A stretch of DNA of 64,000 nt from Tubulanus polymorphus. Taxonomy: Eukaryota; Animalia; Nemertea. The notes under the pieces were generated by a model. It was not told where the DNA came from and ran no database searches. It saw only the letters and a program-made list of their open reading frames with translations. The DNA lies in assembly GCF_964204645.1 (NCBI RefSeq), contig NC_134026.1, positions 11,369,950 to 11,433,949 of the forward strand, in the 5' to 3' direction. Below, in pieces: positions 24,001 to 37,053 of this stretch (positions within the stretch are counted from its first letter, which is position 1; each line of letters opens with the position of its first letter). Made by a program: the position numbers and the translations under genes.

Positions 24001-25580
24001 TCCTTTAAATGTAAAAGTGTTCTCTGAATAAAACAAATGTTGCCGTTAGTAAAAATGAAAATTCTGTTGCTGATTCTAGCTTTTTTGAATTTAGTCGTAT
24101 TTCGGATTGTACAGATGTCCATCGATTCTCATCATGGTTCAAGCTACGGCGGCATGTAGCCTGGATTCTACGTGCGGTGAGAAAATTCTCATCAGTCATA
24201 GCCCGTTTGAAAGTCGGCCGAGGCCGGGAAGGTCGCCTTCTATTTCGATCAGAGATAACTGAAGCTCAGACTTCCTTGATCAAATCCTCCCAAGATAGGG
24301 CATATAGGGATGAGATTGAAGCCCTTGAGTGTGGAGAAAATATGTCCAAAAGAAGTCCCTTGCTCCCGTTACGTCCTTTTTATCACCGAGGTGTCCTGAG
24401 AGTCGGCGGTCGTTTGACAAACGCAGTGATACCATATGAGGCTAAGCATCGGGTTATATTGCCCTTTGGTGACCATATTACGCGCCTTATTGTTGCTGAT
24501 GTACACGAATCTCTTTATCATGCTGGGCCGGAACGTAATTTCTGAGGTCAGGCAAAACTTTTGGCCCGTAAAGGCCCGTAGCTTGGTGCAAAGCGTAATT
24601 GGTAAGTGTTCAGTTTGCCGTCTCAGTAGAATCAACCCATCGGTCCCTATTATGGCTGATTTGCCATCGGCCCGTGTTGCTGGTTTTACCCGTCCTTTTA
24701 CTTATACAGGTATCGATTACTTTCGTCCCGTGTTCGTAAAGCTTGGTAGAAGCACAGTTAAAAGATGGTGCTGTTTGTTTACGTGCCTCGTAACCAGGGC
24801 TATTCACTTGGAAGTTGCGGATAACCTGGAAACTGATGCGTTCATTTTAGTCTTGCGTAATTTCATAGGCCGAAGGGGTCCGCCATCCGAAATTTACAGT
24901 GATAGCGGAACTAACTTCGTGGGCGCTGATCGCGAACTTCGCGAGGCATTAGAACGGCTTAATCAAGTGCAAGTCCATAATTGCCTACTCAAACGCGGCA
25001 TTGTATGGCATTTTTCTCCTCCGTCAGCCCCTCATTTCGGCGGGGCTTGGGAACGGTTAGTGAAATCGTCGAAACGGGTATTGAAACAGATTCTTAAGGG
25101 GCAGCTGGTTATCGATTCCGTATTACGAACTGCGTTAATAGAAACGGAGTCCGTCATCAATAGTAGGCCATTAACATACAACAGTACCGATCCAAACGAC
25201 TTCACCGCCATTACTCCAAATCATTTCTTGCACGGCGGTCCAAAAACGATTAATGCACCTGATATATTCGAACCAAAAGAAATTTGCCGTCGCAAAAGGT
25301 GGCGGCAAAGACAGGTCATCGCCGACCATATTTGGCGCCGGTGGACACGCGAGTATCTACCGGTAAGTGGCAGTGCGACGGGCTTGGTGTCGGGGTCAAT
25401 GACCTGGTCATTCTTGTGAATAACGATGTTCCTAGGGGTAAATGGGAATTTGCTAGGGTCGTGAACGTCTGTGCCGGGCCTGACGGACGTATAAGGGTGG
25501 TAAAGGTAAAAACCCAAAGTGGTTCTGTGCTTACCCGTCCAGTCAGTAAAGTGGCTGTGCTGGAGGAGTCTGTGTGTTAG
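21019..25580 (+). pseudogene. pol: BEL/Pao Gag zinc knuckles, protease, RT, RNase H and integrase (several frameshifts and stops)
   Basis: Triple Cys-His knuckles, LLDSAS protease, FYVDDM RT, VFCDASE RNase H, GIDYF / SDSGTNF / GAWERL integrase. Confidence 0.95.
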
Positions 25581-25679
25581 ATTTGGCTTGTTTGTATACG
25601 AGATGTTGTGTGTGTTACTAATACATGTTGATGATAGTATATTGTGTTGACGCTCTATGTGACGTCAAAGGGGGTGGCA

Positions 25680-26297
25680 TGTTGCCCACTGGCAACAGTT
25701 TTTCTTTCAGGTCTGTTAAGTTTCAGTGAATTTAGTTTATTATCTTTTTTGGTCTTTATTTTGCGTGCTTTATGTTAGTATGTTGTTGTTAGGTAGTATT
25801 GGTAAGCTGTTGGTAAGCTGTTTTGTGTGGTTTGAATTCATATTAATCTGGTATTATGTAGTGTTGGTGAGCTGTTTTGTGTGGTTTGAATTCATATAAA
25901 CTGACATTGTATAGTGTAGGTAAGCTGTTTCATGGGTGGTTTAATTTTCCTTTACGTTTGCTCTGTACAACTGTACTTCTGTGCATTCGCCACAGTATTC
26001 TGATAGAGGAAAGATATAGGCTCTCTACAACTAAAAAGAGTTGTAAGTTAAAATTATACATTTCTAAATATTTATTGCATTTATCGAGGCCTTTTTTTCT
26101 CCGTAATTTGAATTATTATTTATCAAATTTTTAGGGTTTAATTGTGTATTTTTCAGTTAACCACTCGCTCGTGTTCACTGTGTATCTGTAACCTGTGCGT
26201 TTCACACATTCGAGAATAAAGTGCGTTAGACCTTTTATGATTGTAGCCGTCTTGTCCTCGATTTGATAAGTTCTATGTCCAACTCTGGTTTGGGACA
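25680..26297 (+). repeat. 3' LTR
   Basis: Matches the 5' LTR apart from about five substitutions and a 7-bp indel counted by eye. Confidence 0.97.
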
Positions 26298-28248
26298 CCA
26301 ACTTATAAATTTAAAATGTTAGCTAGAACATCTGAGAATTATATATCATTCCAATTTGGTTGCCTAACATTTATAGATTCATATAGATTTTTAAATAGTT
26401 CATTAGATAACTTATCAAAATCATTAGTTGATGATGAATTAAGAATATTAAAGCAACACTACCCAAATAATGATGATTTTCAATTAATCAGATATAAAGG
26501 AGCAATTCCATATTCATTTTATAAAAATCATAATGATTTTAACATAACTGATAAATAGAATAATAGAACATTGAGTATTTGGAATCATTTTGGAATGAAA
26601 AATCATGGGCAATTAGTAGATTTATATTTAAAATCAGATGTATTATTATTAACTGATATATTTGAAAGGTTTAGAGATGTAAACCTAAAATATTTTAATA
26701 TTGATCCTTGTCATTGTTATTTCTAGCCCAGGTTTAACATGGGATTGTGGATTAAAATTTACAGATATAAAAATGGATTTGTTAACAAATATAGATCAAT
26801 TACTATTATTTGAAAAATCTATAAGAGGAGGAGTTTCAGGTGTATTAGGGGATAGATATTTCAATATAAATGATAACCCTGGATATCATTTATTATACAT
26901 AGATGCAAATAATTTGTATGGTTGGGCAATGATGGAACCACAACCTCATGGAGTATTTGAAATAAGTGAAGTTTTACAACATGAAAATAATGACAAATTT
27001 GATTGGAAGAAAAGAATCCTAGATATTGCAGATGATTCAGATATTGGTTACTTCTTTGTTGTTGGTTTAGAATATCCTGAAGATTAAAAATTTAAATCTA
27101 GAAATCTAGCTTACTGTCCCGAACATAAAACTGTAACGCATGAAGAATTATCAAATTATCAAAAAAGAATTAAACCCGAAAATCATATTCATACAGAAAA
27201 GTTAATGGTAACTCAAGAAGATAAATATAATTATGTAGTACAATATAGAATGTTGAAGTTTTATTTGAATCAAGGAATGATTCTAAAAAAGTACATAGAT
27301 ATATTTCATTTAGTCAATCTAAATGGTTAGAAAAATATATAGATTTTAACACCAAACAGAGAACTGAAGCTAAAACTGATTTTGAGAAAGATTTCTTCAA
27401 GTTAATGAATAATGCATTCTATGGTAAGACTTGTGAAAATATTAGAAATAGAAATGATATTGAGTTAGTTAGTAATGGTAAAAGAATTAGGCATTTAAAA
27501 ACATATCTTAAATTTATTGGTAACAGAATATTTGATGAAAATTAAGCTGCAGTTAAAGTGAGAACTTCTATGAAATTTAATAAACCAATTTATGTTGGTG
27601 CTTCAGTTTTAGAATTATCAAAGTATTAATGTATGAATTCTATTATAATGTATTACAACCTCATTTTGGAGAAAAACATATAGAAATCTTATATTTTGAT
27701 ACCGACAGTTACATATTAAAGATAAAAACTAATAACATAACAGATGATTTAAAAACATTAAAATCAGTAATTATCCTAAAAATCATGAATTGTTTAGCAA
27801 TGATAATAAAAAAGTTCCAGGGAAGTTTAAGGATGAATTAGGTGGTGAAGAAATGATAGAGTTCATAGGTATTAGATCTAAAATGTATTCATATAAAACT
27901 AAAGAACATGAAGCTAAAAAGTTAAAAGGAATAACCAAAAGTGTAGTAGAAAAGAATATTAATTTCAAAGATTACATCAATTGTATATTCAATGAAGAAG
28001 TTAGAAAACATAAGATGAGATGTTTAAGATCTGAAGATCATGAGATGTTTATTGAAAAAAATTGAAAAGGTTAGTTTGAATCCATTTGATGATAAAAGAT
28101 ATATTTTAGATGATGGAATTCATACAGTTGCATATGGTTGTAATTTAGATAAATATCTAAAGTTCAAAAGAGAAGAAACAAAAGAGAACGAGATAATGAA
28201 AAGAATTCTAACGTGTTAATCAAATTTTAATAAAAATATGTATTATAA

Positions 28249-28602
28249 ATGGAGAGTAAACAAGCACACAGTGAGAACAACAAATTATTTCTAGATATAA
28301 TAAAAGATACTTCAAATGTCAAATCAGTAGATTATAAATTTAAGAAGTTAAAACAATTAATAATCCATAAGAAATATCTAATTACAAATATTGTTACAGT
28401 TACTAACAAATATGGAGATAAATTAGTTATACACTTAGAATATGAAGGATTAAAAGGAAATACATATAAATTCAGAACATATTTACCAGATAGATTTCAT
28501 AGATTATCAAGTGAAGATTTAGAAGAATTATGTTCTGGAGATTTCTATTTCATATATAAGGGTAAGAATGAAAAAGGGCACCATGAAATAGATTTCGAAT
28601 AA
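28249..28602 (+). CDS. Uncharacterised 117-aa Maverick protein
   Basis: Intact ORF with ATAAATG start; TNKYG...YLPDRF motif; position directly after PolB. Confidence 0.7.
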   Translation: MESKQAHSENNKLFLDIIKDTSNVKSVDYKFKKLKQLIIHKKYLITNIVTVTNKYGDKLVIHLEYEGLKGNTYKFRTYLPDRFHRLSSEDLEELCSGDFYFIYKGKNEKGHHEIDFE

Positions 28603-28619
28603 GAAAATATGTAAAATAA

Positions 28620-29369
28620 ATGGCGGAATTAAAAGAATACAGAATATTTGTTGATTCAAGAAAACTTACAAATTATAAATCTCATAATTTACTAATACAA
28701 TTAGATAAAGAATTCAAGAATTGTGTTGATTTAAAATTAGTTAATATAAGTTTATGTAATTCTTTTTATAATATAACGAATAAAACTATTGAAGATAATA
28801 CTTTTTTAATTCATATTAGAAATGTAAATGAATGGTTTCATCTAATTTTAAAACCAGGATTATATAATTTAGAAACATTAGCTCAAGAAATTAAGAGAAG
28901 AGCACGGTTGAAGTGAAGATATATTTTTAATTAGATTTATAAAAAGTGATAGCACAAATAAAATTAAAATAAAGTTACATTATGAAAGTCAACATGCATT
29001 TATGGTAAAAAAACCTATAGCTAAACTGTTAGGAATTGTACCAGATACTGTTACAGGAAACGTAGATGGTAATTCAAATTTAATGACTTTTACACATTTT
29101 TATAATTATTGCAATTTAATTGATCCTACAAAACATTTGAAGCAACTAAAGATACAATTTGTAATTCTAGTATATTAAATATTTTACCATTAAAAAATGT
29201 TAAAAAATTTGGAACGCAAATAAATTATAATTTAGCTGAATGTGATTTTAAACCTTGTATTCCTCAATTTAACAATTTTAAGTTAGAAGTAAGAAATCAC
29301 AATGGATACTTAATTGATTTGAATAACTTTCCTGTGATATATGAATTACTTATAAGATGTAGAGAGTAA
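28620..29369 (+). pseudogene. Minor capsid (penton, single jelly-roll) protein
   Basis: IFVDSR, NSFYNI, PGLYN, AKLLG, YCNLI, and C-terminal LEVRNHNGYLIDLNN pattern typical of Polinton mCP; frameshifted. Confidence 0.75.
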
Positions 29370-29384
29370 TTTTTCATTATATAA

Positions 29385-29645
29385 ATGAATATAACTGTTG
29401 GGCCGACTATATGTTTTGGATTTGATTTTAAACATGAGAAAGAAATGAAATTTAACATTACTGATGTAATAACACATATCAAAAATATTGCATTTTCTAA
29501 TAAAACAACATTTGAGTATGAAACAACAATAGATAAAGAAACTTTAAATGTAGAAAAGATTACTAATTTAATTAGAGAATCTTTAAGATTTTATGAATTA
29601 GATGAAGATTTTATCATCGATGATATTAAAAAAAATAATAATTGA
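29385..29645 (+). CDS. Uncharacterised small protein
   Basis: 86-aa ORF with ATAAATG start inside the co-oriented gene block. Confidence 0.55.
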   Translation: MNITVGPTICFGFDFKHEKEMKFNITDVITHIKNIAFSNKTTFEYETTIDKETLNVEKITNLIRESLRFYELDEDFIIDDIKKNNN

Positions 29646-29742
29646 AATATATACAAATGAAACTAGTAATGAAATAAATGTTGAATTAATCATCACTAAG
29701 ATAACTAAATATTTTGAAGATGGTAATTTTTTTTATAAATAA

Positions 29743-29964
29743 ATGAGTGATAATAAGTGGATAATAACTGGATTATATAATGGAGCATTACTATCAGTTG
29801 GAACTGTTGGTTATTCAATGGTATTAAAAAAAGTATTTAAAATGGGAAGTGTTAATGTTGATAGATTTGATATAAATGATATTTTAAAATTAACGTTAGC
29901 AGTTACTTTATCTAATTTAACTATTGATTATTTGGAAAAACAAAAATATATTCCTCCCATATAA
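29743..29964 (+). CDS. Small hydrophobic protein
   Basis: 73-aa ORF with two hydrophobic stretches and ATAAATG start. Confidence 0.65.
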   Translation: MSDNKWIITGLYNGALLSVGTVGYSMVLKKVFKMGSVNVDRFDINDILKLTLAVTLSNLTIDYLEKQKYIPPI

Positions 29965-29988
29965 ATGCGTAATTGTATTGCTAAATAA

Positions 29989-30411
29989 ATGGCTTCTGCA
30001 GTTATAACTATTATAGGATCGGCAATTGTTAACGCTTTAGCATTTACTGGTGGTGGTTATTTATTTAAGCAAATTGATAAAAATGGATCATTAACAGAAC
30101 AAAAAAGACATAACTTAGCATTAGAGAAATACAATAAAGCAGCAGAAGAATATAGAGAAAAAAGACAAAACTATTTGGATTATATTAACAAGGAATTATA
30201 TGATCAGAAGATTTCACATAGAGATTTTCAATCAGTTGATGATGCAATGAGTTTATATAACGCGGTAACCAATAAAGAAAAATTACATCTATTCAAACCT
30301 AAATTATCAGATTATTATACCCCAAGTAAAGAACAACAGAAATATGAAATAATATGGATTTTAGGGGGAACAGTTATTGTTATATTTGTAGCGTATAGAT
30401 TTACTAATTAG
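29989..30411 (+). CDS. Predicted membrane protein (hydrophobic N-terminus, coiled segment, C-terminal TM)
   Basis: MASAVITIIGSAIVNALAFTGGGYLF...IIWILGGTVIVIFVAY; ATAAATG start. Confidence 0.72.
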   Translation: MASAVITIIGSAIVNALAFTGGGYLFKQIDKNGSLTEQKRHNLALEKYNKAAEEYREKRQNYLDYINKELYDQKISHRDFQSVDDAMSLYNAVTNKEKLHLFKPKLSDYYTPSKEQQKYEIIWILGGTVIVIFVAYRFTN

Positions 30412-30431
30412 TAATTTTTTTTGCTAAATAA

Positions 30432-30797
30432 ATGGATGATAATATTGATATTATTCCTCTTGATATAAATAAAACTAAATTAAAAATATATTTAGAAAAA
30501 CAAATATTAGAATTTGAAAGTGACTTAAAGATAAAAAAGAAAAAATATTTAAAAAGTAAAATTATATATTATCTTATTATCAGTGGTTCGGTTACAATTA
30601 GTTCTGTAATAACATTTCTAGCAATATTCTCACCATTAACACATTTAGCTATATCAATTGGTGTATTAGGATTAAGTTCAAGTGTTTTAACTGGTATAAG
30701 TTCAAAATTAAATATAAAAAGTAATAAAGACAAAATTAAAACTAATATAAAAGAAATTAATGAATTAAAAAATACACTAGATTATATAATAAGTTAA
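30432..30797 (+). CDS. Predicted two-TM protein (may extend to about 30857 through a premature stop)
   Basis: Two hydrophobic helices flanked by Lys-rich segments; ATAAATG start. Confidence 0.65.
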   Translation: MDDNIDIIPLDINKTKLKIYLEKQILEFESDLKIKKKKYLKSKIIYYLIISGSVTISSVITFLAIFSPLTHLAISIGVLGLSSSVLTGISSKLNIKSNKDKIKTNIKEINELKNTLDYIIS

Positions 30798-30873
30798 ATT
30801 GGTCATATAACAGTTGAAGAACAAGATAAATTATTAAAAGAATTAGTTAATTATTAATTTTTTAATTATATAA

Positions 30874-32190
30874 ATGGGGTTTCCAAAAGCTTTCCAATAT
30901 AATAAATCAATTAAATATAATATTCCTGCAATAGATTTAAAAAAAAATATAACATAAAAATTTAGTTTTAATTTCATTAACTAATTTAGAAATTTATGTT
31001 ACTGAATCACAGTTTTTTATTTCTAAAATGGAAAATATATTTAATACATATGAAGTTACTTATACTCGAGATGAATATCATATATATAAAGTAAAATCTA
31101 ATATGAAATATTGGCAGAATCAATTAAATTTTGCTGTTTATTGTGCAACAACTGGTTGTGGTATAAGTTGGAATGATCATTTAAATAACTTAGATAAAAA
31201 TTTGAATTATTCTGATTTAAAATTAATTCACACAATATTTAGATTTCACACACATTTTCAAATCAGAATAATATTAAATGAATTAGAATGTCCTTTACCC
31301 GGATCTAAATATTTTAAAGAATTGGACAATAATATTAATCTATCTAAGTTTTATAAAATATGTGATGAATTTAATATAAATATTAATTCTGATTTTAGAG
31401 CGCATGGTAAATTGCAAGGTGTTGGTGAAGAGTATGAAATAAAAAGAATTGATTATATGCATAGAATTGGAGCTTGTCATAATTATAAAATTGATAATAA
31501 TAATGGTTAGATTAATTTCATTTTAGTAAATTGTGAAGGTTTTACAAAATCAGGTATACAAAGAATAAATCAATCAATTAGAACTTATTTGATATGTATT
31601 TTAGGTGCGCAAGATCACCAATAGTTGGAAATGATAACACTTCATTCGATGCGCAGAAACAATTCAAAGTTTTATTTGAAGATTCCATTCATAATGATAA
31701 AAATAGATCGATTCCAGAAAACATTGTAAGATATCAAAATTATTTAGATAAACCACATATTAGATTAAATTAATGTATAGGTCCTAATCTATTAATTATT
31801 TCTAATGGTTTAGTATTAAAGATGGGAAACATAATTTGTTATAATAATCTAATTAAAACTGCAACAATAAATAATTCATTTGGATTGAATGATATAAATA
31901 AAAAGATTATTGCTGCTCCAAAATTAATGGAAGGTGAAAAAAATAAAAAACATATTCAATCAACAGAAACTAAAACTAAGAATATTAAATAAAATAATGA
32001 TTCTAAAATAAAAGATGACAATACATCAGAAAATGGTGCCGTACGGCACCCACACGGTGATATAAAAACTGATAATATTCAACATGATATAATTAAAACT
32101 GATAATGATAATAAATCCCATGAAAATGCTAAATTAGCTTTAACTTGTATAGGAATTGTTATAGGAGGAATATTATATTTTAAATTTTAA
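30874..32190 (+). pseudogene. Decayed uncharacterised Maverick gene with C-terminal TM
   Basis: ATAAATG at 30874; ORF fragment 31028-31510 (YWQNQLNFAVYCATTGCGIS); coding-like fragments continue to LTCIGIVIGGILYFKF*. Confidence 0.55.
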
Positions 32191-32205
32191 TTTTTTATTA
32201 TATAA

Positions 32206-33912
32206 ATGGAAGAAGATATTCCAATGGATACTTTTGATGAACCCGGTATAAGTGATGAACCACAACCTGATTTTAATGAAACTAATATTGATAATGATGA
32301 TGGACCAGCATATAAGACTAATTTAGGTGGAGATGATGATTATGATGATGATTATGATGGAATTAATTCCGAAGTACGTGAAAAATTAGATAAATATTTA
32401 GAAGCTCCTGAAAGTGGTAGAATTTCAACTAGAACAGAAAGAAAAGAATTTATGAAACTACTAGAAAAACAACAAGAAGAATATCCTGATAAACCCATGG
32501 AACTATATAGAATGAAATCTAGAGTAACAGATACAATTGTTAACGAATTATTACCAAAAGTTGTAACAGATGAAATTGATTCAGAAGGCGTTGTAATGCA
32601 AATTTTAGAAGATGACCCATTTTTCATGAATAATTTAGAATTTCAAAATGATTCATGGTATTATAATCTTGAATTAAATAGGAATACTGTAACAATTCAA
32701 TTATCTAGAATGGGACAAGAAAATATTTTTGAACCTGAAATGCGAGCAAGATCTACAATTGAAGGTTCAAAAGGCGGTAGAGAATTTCTCAGAATTATAT
32801 GGAATGCACTCTATAGAATAAATGAAGAAGAACCAATTCCTAATATTACTATAAACAAATATTCACCATTTAAAAATCCAAATCCTACTGATTTTGATCC
32901 AGAAATGGAAAAGTATGCAGATCGATTAGATAAATTAAGATCTTCAACACCCGAAACATCGAGAAGAGATATTCAACAAATTGATAATGATTCAAGTCAA
33001 TTACAATTAGTAAAACATTTTGATAGCATGTTAGATACAATGAATTCATTTGAAGAAGAGATGAATAGTGTTTTAGATACACCCGGTACTGAAACTGGAA
33101 TAAATCGAATACAATCTTTACTAGAAAAAGGATTATTTGATTTAACTGATGGATGAATTAGAAGCATTTCCTGAACCAACACGTAGAGAAATTAAAGGTA
33201 TGCAAGGATCAGATGATAAAATTGCGCATGAAAAAAGTAAAAGAGATATTAAAATTAGATTTCTAGAAAAAGAATTAACTGATAAAATTAAAGAAATAGA
33301 ACAATTAAAGTCTGATCTTGATCGTCAAGTAATTGATGAAATGGAATATAGGCAAAAAGAATTACGTTTAGAAAAAGAAATTGATAATTTAGAATATAAC
33401 ATAGAATTACAAAAAGAAGAAATTAAATTATTATTAAAATCATATGATTATAATATTAATAGATAAAAAGTTATTTTTAAAGATTTGTTGATAAAACCAA
33501 ATTCTGAAATATCATTGATAGAATAAAATTATTATTTAAATTAGAAGGAATAACAATTCTTTCAATTCTAACAGCTGTAACTATGTTATTTACAACAATA
33601 GGTTTAGCCATATCAAATTCACTGAAATCTACTCCTACTCCCAATAAACCGGATAAACCCCCAGATAATAATAATTCTATACAAGATAAAGTTAAAGATG
33701 GTTTAAAGAAATTAGCAAAATATTCATGGGAACTATCTAAAAAATCTGCTGCAGCATTACCCGGAGTTATTGCATCAATTGTTGGTTTTATATTGAAATC
33801 TGCAGGAAACATTATTAACTTTGCTGCTGAACATATTATTTTATTTTTAATTACAGTTGTAAGTGCAATTATTTTTTGTTTAGTGAATATGATATCAAAA
33901 AATATCAAGTAA
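32206..33912 (+). pseudogene. Acidic / coiled-coil protein with C-terminal membrane segments (split in three ORFs)
   Basis: ORFs 32206-33156, 33149-33466 and 33583-33912 are contiguous and only the first has an ATAAATG start. Confidence 0.6.
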
Positions 33913-33952
33913 ACATAATCAAAAATAAATAATTAATTTTTTTGTTAAATAA

Positions 33953-35072
33953 ATGAGTGGGAGTTATAACAATCCTTCTAAGAATCATAGAATATCTAAT
34001 GCTATTAAAGCAGAAAGATCACATCATATAATTACTCATAACCCTTCTAATATTAATCCTGATGAAACTTTATATGTTAGAATTCCTCGATTAACACAAA
34101 ATACTTTTTATGTTCCAAATAGTATTTATTTTTCGGCCGATATAAAAGTAACCGGTAATAATAATAATCATGTTGTCGATAATGTTGGAAGATATTTGAT
34201 TAAAAAATTAACTATAAAGATTGGTCCAGAAACAGTTTTCTCATAATAAATAGAAATGATATTGAGTTAGTTAGTAATGGTAAAAGAATTGCAAATATAA
34301 AATTCCATTAGACTTTGAATTGATAAATAACAATGCGCCTTTATATAAATACGCAATTCAAGAAGACGTTATATTCGAAATAACATTTGCGCCTGTTAAT
34401 GAAATTGTAATATCTAGCGTTAATAAAGATATGGGTTATAAATTATCGAATATATGTTTAGAATATGATACAGTAACTGATGAAAATATTTCAAGTATAA
34501 TTCAAACTCAATACAATCAAGGATTTTCATTATTATATGATTATATTGATAAATTTAAAACTGTAACTATTAATGCAAATGATGAAATTATTAATGAGAA
34601 TATTAACTTCCCAAGAAGATCTATTAAAGGTATATTAATATTTTTTACCATTGCAACATATACTTATGGCGCAATAAATGTTGATAATTATTATAATCCT
34701 GAAATAACAAAAGAAGAAATAACTATCGAAGGAATAGCAAATAAAATATTTTGTCAAGGAATGAGAATGATAGATCAATGGCCAGAAATTAGAAAACATT
34801 TTATGAATGAAAAAGTGAAATCATCTGAAAATTGTAATATTAATCAAATTGATTATTATACCGGTAATAAATACGCACTATGGTTAGATTTTAGAACAAC
34901 AGAGGATAATTCATTACATGGTTCTGGAAAAAAACTACAGAACACTAGAGATGGAATACAATTATTCATGACAAAGAAAAAAGGAAGCTTAAATTTCAAT
35001 ATGCACATTTATATTATATCTGACGCGCAATTAAATATTGTAAATTCTCAATTAAATAGTGTTATGTATTAG
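33953..35072 (+). pseudogene. Major capsid protein (double jelly-roll), disrupted at 34240-34290
   Basis: THNPSNINPDETLYVRIP, VDNVGRYLIKKL, LSNICLEYD, PRRSIKGIL, LWLDFR motifs; position within the Maverick gene set; second copy at 1-454. Confidence 0.8.
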
Positions 35073-35104
35073 AATTTTAATTTTAATAAAAATTTATATA
35101 ATAA

Positions 35105-35848
35105 ATGGAAGGAGGTAAAGTATATAATCATATTCCATACATCGATACACATGAAAATAATGATGGTTTATATTATGTAATACCTTGTAATATAGCTTTG
35201 ATATTTGATCCTATTTTCAAAATTTATAAAACTAAACTAATAGAAATCGATAATAATAGAAGTGGTGTTGTTGATAATTTAAGTAATGTAATTGATAATA
35301 ATGTAATACCTTCTACATCTAATAATGTAATACCTTCTACATCTAATAATGAAATAATATTAAATTATGGTGAAAATAGAAATTATTGTGGATATTGTAA
35401 TAGTGAATTTTCAAACGCTCCATCAAATTGGAATAAACATATGAATACAAAGACACATATTACTAATGTAATAGAACGTGTTGGTTTAAGAGAATTTATA
35501 GAACACCCATTTATATATGATACAAAGTTTGTTTCAAATAAAAAAGTAAATGGTAAAGAATTATATGAAGATTTATTATTAGCAACACCTAATAAAGATG
35601 AATTAGATTTAACCGATGCTAATAAAATATTAGGATCAAACATTGTAAATGAAATATCAGGAGCAAACACTCAGAAAGATTATAATGAAAATATAGTTAC
35701 AGATAAGCATATTGATATTAAAGATTATGTGGACACACTTTTGGTGAAAGATAAAGAAGAAACTATTGATGATGCGGTAGAAAGGATGAATAAGTTCAAT
35801 AAAACAACTATTGATGATGATACGGTAGAGAGTTTGAATAAATTGTAA
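35105..35848 (+). CDS. Uncharacterised protein with C2H2-type zinc finger (2 x NNVIPSTS)
   Basis: Homologue of 487-1338. Confidence 0.75.
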   Translation: MEGGKVYNHIPYIDTHENNDGLYYVIPCNIALIFDPIFKIYKTKLIEIDNNRSGVVDNLSNVIDNNVIPSTSNNVIPSTSNNEIILNYGENRNYCGYCNSEFSNAPSNWNKHMNTKTHITNVIERVGLREFIEHPFIYDTKFVSNKKVNGKELYEDLLLATPNKDELDLTDANKILGSNIVNEISGANTQKDYNENIVTDKHIDIKDYVDTLLVKDKEETIDDAVERMNKFNKTTIDDDTVESLNKL

Positions 35849-36398
35849 GGGTCTGATAGTGAAAGTGATTAAGATAATTATTATATTTAACTCAAATAAT
35901 AATATTAGTTGAAAATTGTATAAAATAATAGTAAATAAAAAAGGGGGTTTTAAGTATTTAAGGTATTTAAGGTATCTAATACATATCTAATACATATCTA
36001 ATATATATTATTTGAAAATACCTTAAATTATATATTTTTTTAAAATTTATATTGAAACCTTAGTAATAATAAATAACCTTTATTATTTTCAAACTTCATA
36101 TATTAGTTGAAAAATAAAAATAAATTGGTTGAAAATTGTATAAATAATATTTATTTTAAAAAAGGGGTTTTAAGTATTAAGGTATCTAATACAGAGGTAG
36201 GTATTAGGGTATATAATAGGGTATCTAATACATAGGTATATTTTAAACATATTTCAATATTTATATTTGTATGAGTTAGATTTTTAAACATTAAAAGTGT
36301 TAGTGAAGTTTTATTGAAATAATTCATATATATATACATGAATAACATATAAATGAATAACTTCTAAAATCAATTTAGTAATAAAATATGTATAATAA

Positions 36399-37053
36399 AT
36401 GGAACCAGAACAACCACAAACTATCAATATTACAAATAACACTGGTGTCATAAATATATACTACAAGAAGTGTTCTAAATGTGAATTAGATAAATTAGCT
36501 ATAACAGAATTTAATAAGCGTAAGATTAGCAAAGATGGTTTTCAATATTGCTGTAAAACTTGTACTAAACTATATACCAAACAATATCGAGAAGATAATA
36601 GGGAAGCTTATAATGATTATAAGACAGAATATACGAGAGAAAGATATAAAACAGATCTTAATTTTAGATTGAAACAATGCTTAAGATATAGATTAACACA
36701 ATTATTCAACAAAGAAACACATTCAGAAACATTATCTAATTTGTTGGGTTTGTACAGATGAATTTCTCAAATCATGGATTATATTTCAATTCGACTATAA
36801 AATGAACATAGATAATTATGGGAATTATTACCATATTGATCATGTGTTACCGATAGCTAAATTTAACATGAATGATGAAAACAATGAAAAACTTATTTGG
36901 AATAGGAAAAATTTAGGACCTTTAGAAAAGAAGGAAAACATAATTAAATCTAACAAACTAGATATGAAATTATATTTAGATCAACTGGATAAAGCAAAGA
37001 CATTTGTTGAATTATGGAACTCAACACATAATGAAAAATACGTTGAAGCTTAA
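36399..37053 (+). pseudogene. HNH / endonuclease VII-like nuclease, copy 1 (frameshift near 36750)
   Basis: CSKC..CKTC, YHIDHVLP, NLGPLEKKEN. Confidence 0.82.

Larger units (their letters stand above)
19365..26297 (+). mobile_element. BEL/Pao LTR retrotransposon, full length
   Basis: TG...CA LTRs at both ends, 5-bp TSD CCAAC (19360-19364 and 26298-26302), polypurine tract AAAGGGGG before the 3' LTR, Gag-PR-RT-RH-IN order. Confidence 0.97.
17315..28219 (+). pseudogene. polB: Protein-primed family B DNA polymerase of element B (frameshifts, stop codons, BEL insertion 19365-26297)
   Basis: N-terminal C2H2 fingers; ExoI VIHGDFES; VRDNDHLNGKFRGAAHENCN; ExoII FHNLSGYD; SIRGGVS; motif A YIDANNLYGWAM; motif B KLMNNAFYGKT; motif C YFDTDS; GKFKDE; KKLKG; FDDKRY. 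Confidence 0.95.

Noticed and set aside
19562-26134. Small ORFs inside the LTRs and antisense ORFs within BEL and Maverick genes
   Set aside because: Short, motif-free shadow ORFs of the real coding strand or of LTR sequence.
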